From assembly GCF_037042905.1 (NCBI RefSeq), contig NC_087260.1, positions 27,714,001 to 27,778,000 of the forward strand: 64,000 nucleotides of DNA, read 5' to 3'. A program made the position numbers and the translations under genes. The notes under the pieces are model-generated. The model searched no databases. It saw only the letters and a list, made by a program, of their open reading frames with translations, and was not told where the DNA came from. This document shows, one piece after another, positions 40,194 through 50,155 of this stretch. Source of the stretch: Lytechinus pictus. Taxonomy: Eukaryota. Every line of letters begins with the position of its first letter. The first letter of the stretch is position 1.

Positions 40194-41622
40194 CATGGGT
40201 GTCGATCGGTATTCTTGGTTGGGGGGGATGATTGACACAAATGTTCTTGTGGATGGTGATCTTTCAACATTACCCCCACTAAAATCACAAGTTAGGACAT
40301 TTGGGAGTGGTTGATATGCATGGTGTTCTTGGAAATTCCTTCATTGTTGCAGTGTACTGTATTTATATATTTTTTTGAAAATTCAATTTGTGTTACAAGT
40401 AAGCCTTTTCTAAACTCATACGAAAGAAAAAATGACAAAAATAGTATGGACCATGTACAAAGTGATCTGTTTATTGAGCATGATGTATACAACTTCTCTC
40501 TTAAATCTAACCCGACTGGCATAAAATGCAGATTCGGACAAATTAAGGCTAGCACAAATCACAAACTGTGTGGCTTATCGTGCGCCATCGGGCTTACCGT
40601 CATTCCTTAGACGATTTTAACCATGGATTTTAATATGTTTTAAATGCTTTATAAGTGCATGAAACAAAAGCAAACATAAAAACAAAACTCAACTGTCATG
40701 TTATGATATTTCTCCAACATTTTCTTGAACCATCAGTGTGTAATATCAGCTAATATATGTGTTAAAATGAAATTTACGTACCGCATGAGTGTGCTCATAT
40801 AGAATGCACAACACTGTCATCCCTTTCCAAACTCAAAAGAGATTTCTTTTAGCCAAAATAAGAAAAAATCAATCAAGTTTAGTTATTCAAGTCCATAACA
40901 ATAACAAGAATAACATGAAAAAAAAACATCCGATGTTCATATCCGAAGATACGCTTTAGAGAGAAATGAATGATTATTCTTTCTGAAACCATTAATTGAT
41001 TTCACTTATTAAAAAATTGTAAAAATATGATCATATTAAGGGTTGTAGATTAAATGGGACAAACATCATGCACTTGGATGTGGGAAGGGGTAAATTTGAG
41101 AAAAGTTATTTGTACTTTTTTAAGATCTACCCCTCTGGGATTTACGTCCATGGGTTTTTCCCCGTTTATCTTGCTACCCTTTTACTCCCGTTTATTTTTC
41201 CACCCTTTTGAATTAATTGATTTATTAAAATTAATTTATTCACCACTGGTGGGATGGAACACCCTATCAACAAAATTTGTTTTTCATCGGGGTCCTTTTA
41301 TGTCATGTGTTAAAAAATATCATTTACATAAACATTTCATTATTTTTCATCTTGAACCTCCACCTATCTGTTTAAAAGTCCTGGAAAGGAATGTTTTTAT
41401 TTAATAACAATATACACAAATTGCGAGGGAAACAAACTGATTGATGGCATACTATAATCATCACTATCATCTTCTTGATCAAACTTTTCATTTTTTCATC
41501 ATTATTATAATTTTTCTACCCTAAATTATTGGGGGGGGGGGGTGATAATACAGGCCATCCCCCTACTTGAAATATTGGGGGGGGGATATATCCCCCCATC
41601 CCCCCTGTGATCGACACCCATG
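40194..41622. mobile_element. Non-autonomous hAT-like element, 1429 bp
   Basis: Perfect 14-bp TIR CATGGGTGTCGATC / GATCGACACCCATG; perfect 8-bp TSD ACAGCAAC at 40186-40193 and 41623-41630; no transposase ORF. Confidence 0.88.
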
Positions 41623-42078
41623 ACAGCAACTATTCGAGTGAAACCCTTGAGTACGTGAGTGAGCTTAGTGAACGAGCAAAAAAAAATCATAATTTTAAGA
41701 GCGATATTTTCATAATCTAGAGACTTTTGACTCCCCCTAAACACATCTTTTGCTCACTCTAATAATACGTAATGTACATACATGGTATTTTTGTGAACCA
41801 CACCCCCCCCCCCCCCACCCCCACTGAAAATTAATCAGTGGGTCTATTCTGAGCACGTTTTGAATTCTTTTGAAGTTGGCAAATATTGACAAAACAAAAG
41901 TGCCCCCATGATAAGCTTGGTTTTTTCGATCCCTTGCTTTCGAATATCTTTAGAAATATGCATCTCCCCTAACCCCGGGAAAAAATCTAGGGCTGAAAAT
42001 TTGATAAATTGATCTATTCCCCCCCCCCCCAAGTTTGGATCACCTGTTCCCCACCCCCACTCCCCCAATAAAAAATGT

Positions 42079-43613
42079 GGGCGCGTCTTGGTCTAGTGGT
42101 TACAACTCATGTCTTTCAATATAAGGGACGTGGGTTCGATTCCTATTTAGCCATGGTGCAACCGCGTAGCCAGGATTTAATTTTGGAGGGGGCGGTAAGT
42201 GCACGCTAAGCGTGCCAACACTTCCCGCGCGGAGCCCGAAGTTTTTTATATCTCATCAAATTCAAATCAAAAGAAGGCGTCTCTTCCGTCTCCAGTACCC
42301 TTATCAACTCGAATTCAATTTACCTGCTGTGATTAAAAAAAATGTTTTCGAAAGAAATCATGAGCGCCCAAAAATGGGAAAAGATTGAAGAATTTGAAAT
42401 TATTCCTCTTACTGCGCGAAGCGCGGAAGCTTAAAACGTTTCATAAAAATATAGAACAGAAATGTTACAATTATGCCTACCTTGGTCACATCAGATTTGA
42501 TTGTAAATACTTTATCCACATTAAATTTCTTTAACTCAAGTCGCAAAACAGAAAACGGGTATATGCAGAAAGGAAATAGGCCCTATTTCTTCCGCGGATG
42601 GCGTTGAAGCTCTGAATCATAGAAATACCTCTGAAACTTTAACCTGTTCTAATTTTGATATTTCTTAGATTATATACAACTCGATTAAGAAGAAAAACAT
42701 GCTCAAAATTTGAAAGGGATGATGCAAGCTAGAAGAGGGACTTTTCCTTTCCCATGCTCGCGAAGCACGGAAACCTCTGTGATTCATTTTGGAAGAAAAA
42801 AAAACATTGTGTAATTTCGCTCATATTAAGTGCTTCCTTTTGTTTGATCAAGAAACTTCAGTGATATTCAAAATTTCAAAATCAATGGCGCAAAACAAGA
42901 CAGGAAATGGATGTACAGCGATACAGAATAAAGTTTAATATCGTACATATTTTTGTATATACCACGGCATGAATTTAATGCCTCCCCTTTGAACATATTC
43001 TTTTTCCAAAACTTGCTTGCTGAAAAGCGTAAAAAGAGCATTTGGGCACTCGGGTAGTGACGGAAAAGTCTCCCCGCTCCGAAGAGACTGAAGAGGCGGA
43101 ATTTTGTGTCAATGCAAAAAAAAAAATACTTTGCATACTCTTTACACCCGCCCATGTATACTTTATAATTTCTGGCAAAAATATACGATTCCCCCAGCCG
43201 GGAAGGGGAAAAACGGAGTAGAAAAAAGGGTGTGGGAAACAAAAGGGAATAGCAATTTTGATATTTTCCCGCGCGGAGCATGGAAGAAAAAAATTGTATA
43301 AAGAGAGAAGAACGTCTCGTTCAGGTTTTTATTCTCTTGACAAAAAAGAGGGAAAAACAACAAAGCTTTACCTTTCTTCCTTTTTCTCCTTTTCGCTTTT
43401 TTTTTTTTGGGGGGGGGCTACGCGCCTGCCATATTGTCTTTTTCTTCAGCATGAAATTTATCGGCTGCACTCAACCCAGGTGAGGTGAATGGGTACCTGG
43501 TAGAAAGAAATTTCTTGAATGCTTGAGCGCCAAGGTAGCTTGGCTAAAGCCGGGGGTAATTGTAACAGGGCCTGCAGGGAAAATAATTTGCATAACTAAA
43601 GTGCATGGCTACT
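42079..43613 (+). mobile_element. SINE family A copy split by a DNA transposon insertion
   Basis: Head 42079-42158 (TGGTCTAGTGG, GGTTCGATTCC, AGCCATGGTG). The SINE resumes at 43429 with TTCTTCAGCA..CTGCACTCAACCCAGGTGAGGTGAATGGGTACC. Confidence 0.75.
42159..43428. mobile_element. Non-autonomous hAT-like element, 1270 bp
   Basis: Imperfect TIR CAACCGCGTAGCC / GGCTACGCGCCTG; 8-bp TSD CCATGGTG / CCATATTG (6/8); internal GCGCGAAGCGCGGAAGC-type repeats. Confidence 0.7.
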
Positions 43614-43614
43614 G

Positions 43615-43880
43615 CTGACCCTCTTCTTTGATTATGACCAGCGACTGGCGACCATTTACTATTCATAATGACTGGCGAACCTCTTCTCTATATTATGACT
43701 GACGACCCTCTTCTAATATATTACTATACTAGCGAACTTTATGATTAACGAGCCCCTTTCCTCCTTATGACTAGCGACCCACTTGCTTGATTATGACTAG
43801 CGACCTCGATGAAGATAGACCATTATGACTATTATGACTAGCGGTCCATATGACTACTGTATGACCACTGTCATGACTGT
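43615..43880. repeat. Degenerate TTATGACTAGCGACC repeat tract
   Basis: About ten ATGACTRGCGA units. Confidence 0.7.
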
Positions 43881-45199
43881 ATGAGCCAGAAAGCCTGTGT
43901 GGGCGGGTATTGTATATCACGATTTACATACAAATCGACTACCATTCTGTCGATGGTCGCTATTTAAAATGATATAAGTGATGGGTAAAATGAGTAAAAT
44001 TAAAAAATTAAAATTAAAACCATAAGATGGACCCATAAAATATGATAAATCTCCTTTTTCACTCTACATTAAAGTCCATTTTAAAGTTGCTGTTTACTGG
44101 TAAACTCATAGAAATAAAGAAGAAAAATTTGCATATTTGACTTTACCTTGGATTTCATCCATTTAGAATGAAGAGCGCCAGCTTAAGTTTAAACAAACGC
44201 ATGAGCTGTTCAGAAACTTTTCCAACAAAAAGAAAAGTTATACAATTTTTTAAAAGTATATAGTAAGTAAAGCTTTTCGGGAATTTAAAATGGGTCGAAA
44301 AGCTAATGCAACACAGGAAAAAACCCACTTCACTTGCTCCATTTCACAGCGCTTCTGAAAGATGACTTACTCGGAGTTTTCTCTACCCGCAAACAAAATA
44401 TTGATTTGGAGAAAGAAAGGGGGGAAAATGCATTACGCTGAAGAATACACCAAAATCAAAGGTAAGAATAGGTCTGGCTTGATTATAATTATGCACATCC
44501 TTGATGGTATGCAAAGGAGAGAACCAATTAATTATGTCACCCACTCATTATCTTTGGGGGGGGGTATTTTATTATATCAATATGAAATATATCGTTTTCT
44601 TCATCATGTAAGAAAGTATGATTCCTCTTTGACGAGTATCATTTTCGTTACTATTGTGATTCGATTTAGAGTTTTCTAATAGTTAAATCTTGAAAAAGTG
44701 AGGGGGAAAATCAAATTGATATAATGAAATACAAAATGAATAGTGAGCGTGTGAAATAATCGGCTTTCTCATTTGCATTATTGCGCACAAAACTGTTTAA
44801 TAAAAAAGTAAACAAAACGTTGAAATGTCATTACCTTCCTTTTCCATCAGTTTTTTTCTTAATGATATTAGATTTTATTAATTTCCGCTACACATAAACA
44901 AAATATGAACAAAGTCGAACGTGAAAGATCAAGACTTAATTTTAATTAACAATGACCTTATATAGCTGTCGTGGAGTGGACTTGACCTTTAACGGTTAAT
45001 CCAAGCAAGCCTACATAGAGTCACGAGCATCCTTTGACCTTATTAAAGGTTTATAAGACTGGTACCTGCAAATGTGCTTTGAAAATTAAGATGGAAGAAA
45101 CACGTTATGCCCAAACGACGTGTATTTAAAGGAGGTTTTAGTTGTATTCCACGGCGTTACTACCTAGAGGAGGAGGGGGGGGGGGACATGAATGGGGAT

Positions 45200-45600
45200 T
45201 TATGACGTCATTCTCTCCGATATACCACAAATGATAATTACACCATCATAATAATGGTATCGTAATTAGGCGAGCCATCCTAGAACAATCTAGATTGTTC
45301 GTACAACAGACTTTCACACAGGACGTCAATTTTTTAAAATCTTTGACCAGGATGTGATACACATTGAATAAATGCCAAATAAGGCATTACATACCTAATC
45401 CCTCAACATAGAGCGATTCCTGATGGTTTCAATGGAACCCCATAAAACCCTCGTGGTAAATTGGCTAAGTAGTGACGTGTTTGACGTCACAATAGCCAGC
45501 AGACATAAGGTAGCCAATGAACGATTAGTTACCCAATAACCCGGCCCAATAATAACTTTTTTTTGGCAAAGTACCTTGCAACTGGCGTCCAATATATAAT
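45200..45600 (+). promoter_or_regulatory. Putative promoter of the C1q-domain gene (CRE/CCAAT/TATA cluster)
   Basis: TGACGTCA at 45203 and 45482, TGACGTG at 45473, ATTGG at 45460, CCAAT at 45514, 45533, 45546, 45589, TATATAA at 45593. Confidence 0.5.
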
Positions 45601-45619
45601 AGGATATCACTTCGTATGT

Positions 45620-45797
45620 TACTATAACGTGATATAACGAGCTAGATCTTTGCTGCCTGTTTTTTGGGGTTTGATTTTTACATTTTTGTGTTGAACTTGA
45701 AGAAGAGGAAAAAGCAACAACATCAAGCTTGGTAGACGGTGTGACAATTAGCCATTCAGTCTAGCATAAAGGAAACTAAGAATTGAATAAGTAAGAG
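45620..45797 (+). other. Putative non-coding first exon of the C1q-domain gene (start approximate)
   Basis: Lies downstream of the TATA and ends at a consensus donor AG|GTAAGT (45797/45798). The first coding exon has a splice acceptor (TTATCGTAG|G, 49819/49820) 11 nt before its ATG, implying an upstream exon. Confidence 0.45.
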
Positions 45798-46013
45798 GTA
45801 AGTGAGATAATTACTTGCAGTTATTATCAAGTCAATCACTTTACTGGATACACATAGGATTTTGGTAGTTTCATTTAATTCCCTTAACCCATGGTCAATG
45901 TATAAGCTGAAGACGCAAACTATGGAGTGTGTACAATGCATGGGTTATAACATTAATTTCATGGCGCTTGTTACACTAATTTAGTACATCGACTGTATTC
46001 GCGGGATTAGTGG

Positions 46014-46247
46014 CAAGGCCCTGGAAACGATTTTTTCACTACAAAATGGAGAACAAATTGTTCCCAAGAAATTTGAGAAGAAAAGAAAAAAGGGTTTCGC
46101 TGCAGTATTAACGTCATTTTCCTTGCATTTTTACACATCTTCCAGAATACCTGGGGGTGCTGCCTATGGAGAATGGTACACGCAACACCCCCAAGGAAAT
46201 TTTTTGGGGATGCTGCACCCCCAGCACCCCTGCTTCCCGGGGCCATG
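46014..46247. mobile_element. hAT-like MITE, 234 bp
   Basis: Perfect 8-bp TSD ATTAGTGG (46006-46013, 46248-46255); imperfect TIR CAAGGCCCTGGAA / TTCCCGGGGCCATG. Confidence 0.8.
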
Positions 46248-46615
46248 ATTAGTGGTTATCTTTATGAGCATTCGTATCTAGCGTCTAATCCAAATGTTCA
46301 TCATTCTAAATAGGTAACCGTTCCATTGGGACTAAAATGAAAATTATAGGCCCCATCTTCGCCCCGAATAGGTGAAGTATACAATCATGTATTGTATATT
46401 GATTTTAAAATGTATTTGCCTAACATATATGGCTGACATGCTTTAGTTTATTTTTTATTATGTTTCATTTTCCGTTCTATCCCTCTTCTATTCACACCCA
46501 TGTTCCATTGGATTACCCCCGTACATCTCCGACAATCTCTAAACCTGGAGGCATTCCCTGCTGGAAAGAACACGGTATCACACAGTGAGTGTGAACATAT
46601 TATTCACATTGTTAA

Positions 46616-47357
46616 AATGCTCAAATTCACCAATGTGAAGATATTTTCACACTGTGGACACCTTGACAGTGTGACTGTTCACAGCGTGTTCACATGGTCG
46701 ACCATCACACTGTTGGAATGCTCATATTCAACGATGTAAAGATATTTTCACACTGTGGACACCTTGACAGTGTGACTGTTCACAGCGTGTTCACATAGTC
46801 GCCTATCACACTGTTGAATGCTCAAATTTAAAAATGTGAAGATATTTTCACACTGTGGAATGTGGATACCTCGCGATCGACAGTGTGACTGTTCACAGCG
46901 TGTTCACATAGTCGACCATCACACTGTTGGAATGCTCATATTCAACGATGTGAAGATATTTTCACACTGTGGACACCTTGACAGTGTGACTGTTCACAGC
47001 GTGTTCACATAGTCGCCTATCACACTGTTGAATGCTCAAATTTAAAAATGTGAAGATATTTTCACACTGTGGAATGTGGATACCTCGCGATCGACAGTGT
47101 GACTGTTCACAGCGTGTTCACATAGTCGACCATCACACTGTTGGAATGCTCATATTCAACGATGTGAAGATATTTTCACACTGTGGACACCTTGACAGTG
47201 TGACTGTTCACAGCGTGTTCACATAGTCGACTATCACACTGTTGAAATGCTCAAATTTAACAATGTGAATATATTTTTACACTGTGGACACCTCGACGGC
47301 GTGACTGTTCATAGCGTGTTCATATCGTCGACTATCATACTATTGAAATGCTCAAAA
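46616..47357. repeat. Minisatellite of 100-114-bp units x7 with a 214-bp higher-order repeat
   Basis: AATGCTCA starts at 46616, 46717, 46817, 46931, 47031, 47145, 47246, 47347. Confidence 0.92.
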
Positions 47358-47659
47358 CAGTATGAAGGTGCTTTCACGGAGTGCCATGTCTGATTTATAT
47401 ACCATGTTGAATCGTATGATGTTATATTGGCTTTTTCGTGTATTATATGTTCACATGTGAAATATGTAAAATAACGTCAAATTCAGATTGAAATACAAAT
47501 ATGAATGTTCATCAATAAACCAGTTGATCTCATCAGAGCCTGCGAAATTGTCACAGCTGGATTTTTTTATTGGCCGAATTCCATCTAGAAATTGAGATAA
47601 TGTCTCTATTTTTGCAAGTTATCATTTCTATTATGGTATTTTTGTTGTTGATTATCATT

Positions 47660-47662
47660 TTT

Positions 47663-47693
<31 letters not shown>

Positions 47694-47817
47694 GTTTTAT
47701 AATCAATTATCCTAATCATGATCGTCGTTGCCATCATCATCATCGTCGTCGCCGTCGTCATCATCACTACCATCGTCACCAGCACTAGCACCACCACCAC
47801 CACCACCATCATCATCG

Positions 47818-47860
<43 letters not shown>

Positions 47861-47872
47861 GACCATCATCAA
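47660..47872. repeat. (CAT)n/(CAC)n microsatellite
   Basis: Directly visible. Confidence 0.9.
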
Positions 47873-48319
47873 TACATCATAATTAGACGTTTACTGTGTT
47901 TTTCTAAAACTCTTATCGAATCCAGCAGTCTGCCAGCTTCAAATGAAACATGATTAGCCTACATGTAACTTGAAAACAAAAAATCTAAAACAATAAAATA
48001 ATAACTGTAATCGTTTGCTATTAGTGTAAGTGCTTACAATACCCGATATCTGGTCCTAGATTCGGCGGAGTTAAAATTTTTGGCAACACTGGCGGAAATT
48101 TCTTTCTTTCTTCCTTTTTTTTTTTTGGGGGGGGGGGGGGAGAGCACTGCCCTCACAAAGAAAGGTCTAATTATTGTTAAATTTTCAGATTGAACTCCCA
48201 TAAGAAGAAATATCCGGCAGTATAGGTCTGGACAGCGCCATGTGATCATAATAATCGAGCAAATTAAATAGTACCATCATCGTATATCATGAATGATTTA
48301 CATGTATGTCTGCAAGGTT

Positions 48320-48745
48320 TATTTCCAATTCGTCCAATTGCCAACTCGTCTACTAACATTTGGTCTACCATCAGTTCGTCCACTCACCGCATGGTCTACT
48401 TTCATTTAGTCTAATGCCATTCCGTCTAATAACCAGTTGGTCCAATAGCTATTTAGTCCATAAACCATTTGGTCTAATAGGCCTAAGTGTTAAATTGCAC
48501 GAAATGAATGAAAATTAAATGGATATTAGGCCAACTGGTTATTAGACGATATGGTCATAGACGAAATGGTGATTAGACGAAGTGATGATGGGACCAAATG
48601 GTTAATGGACCAAATGGTTTTTAGACCATGTGTTAATAGCTCCATGGTTAGACGAAATGTTGATCTACGAAATGGCATTATACTAAATGAAAGTAGACCA
48701 TGTGGTGAGTAGACGAGTTGGCAGTAGACGAATTGGCAATTTAAC
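48320..48745. mobile_element. Foldback-like element built of short GTCTA/TAGAC repeats
   Basis: Left arm TGCCAACTCGTCTACT..ATGGTCTACTTTCATTTAGT is complementary to the right arm ACTAAATGAAAGTAGACCAT..AGTAGACGAGTTGGCA; a degenerate relative spans ~28550-29790. Confidence 0.65.
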
Positions 48746-49830
48746 GTCCACAATTACTGAATTATCGTTTTGAAAATTAACGCGTGGGAAAGAAAGAATA
48801 AAAGTCATTTTATCTGCCATTTAATATTTTTATAGTGGAGTTAATCTTAATAAATGCCATCCACAAGTATATATAATAAAACTGAAGCTTTGTATACTAT
48901 AGAATAGAATTTCCGACATTTAAGGCCCATAGCCTAAATAGAACCATTGCTTCCTGTTGCAGAGCCATGGTACTTAGTCGACCTCAGGATTTCCGATACT
49001 TGGTTCCTGGACGTAGGCCTATATACACAGTCAAGTGATTTTTTTTTCTTTTTTAAAGAAACTACAACACACAGGTATTCTAATACATTACCCTTATTAT
49101 ATAGTCCTATCTTTAAATATTGTAATCTCATATAATTTTTATTCATCCGGGAAGAACGGGTTCAAATCTATCCGATTCTCGACGCTTGTAACGCTTTCTT
49201 CTTAATTCGGGCCGGTCGGATCTCGTTGCTAACCGGCTCCGGTGTATTACGTTGACACATTAAAGAAAGCCAATAAAGGGGCGGGGGTGTCAAACACATT
49301 TTCAGGAGAAAATAAAATGGTACCCATTGCCCAAAACGAACCAATTGCCAACACGAAAAATTTGGCGAGCGTACAAGCGAAAAAAGTCCAGTCTCATTTT
49401 TAAAAAAATGCATATTTTTTTCTCAGGGTATATAGGAAATCTTTTTCCCCATGTGTAATGCGCTGCAATGAAATATAATATACTAACGTCAGAAAATATA
49501 CAATTGAAAACTGAAAAAAAAAGGACAAAAACAGAAAATATCAAATAGGAGAGGGGGCTACGGGGCCCCCAGCGGTTAATCCAATGGTTCGTACGGTTAC
49601 AGGGTGAGCGAGGGGTGGGGGGGGGGGGGGTTCCTTCGCCAATGATGGTACTACTGAGCTTATTGAAGTTATATTCATTGCCTTTAACCTGCACCGGGTT
49701 ACTCAAGACCTAGTGTCAATTAATTACGTAGACATTCATGTAGGGTGTCTAAGAGTGACTTTTACATACCCTTGTATTTTTTTTTTTTTTTACCTTAGTT
49801 CATATTGGATTTATCGTAGGATCAAACACC

Positions 49831-50118
49831 ATGTCGTCGACGACATCATGTAGACGAGTATTCTTGGCAGTCTTGGCCATGTCCATGGTCATCGAGGCGT
49901 TCGCAGGTCGAACCGACCCGGCGGTAACTGCACTTACCCATCGGGTAAATTATTTACAGCGTTATATGACAAGCACGCTGATGGGGAAGATCTCGAATTT
50001 GGAGAGCCAAAATATGGCACAGGCCAAGTAAGTTTTGATATTTTTAAAAACAAATTGTGCAATTATTACTGTAGTAGTAGTAGTAGTAGTATAGTAGTAG
50101 TAGTATAGTAGTAGTAGC

Positions 50119-50155
<37 letters not shown>

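Noticed and set aside
46616-47357. CRISPR-like array of palindromic repeats, and identical 64-aa ORFs at 46818 and 47032
   Set aside because: Spacers are not unique, there are no cas genes and the context is eukaryotic; the ORFs are by-products of the 214-bp repeat.
47570-47872. Poly-Met/Ile/His ORFs
   Set aside because: Translations of a (CAT)n microsatellite; likewise the ORFs over 4740-4975, 9274-9580, 20196-20511 and 50044-50247.
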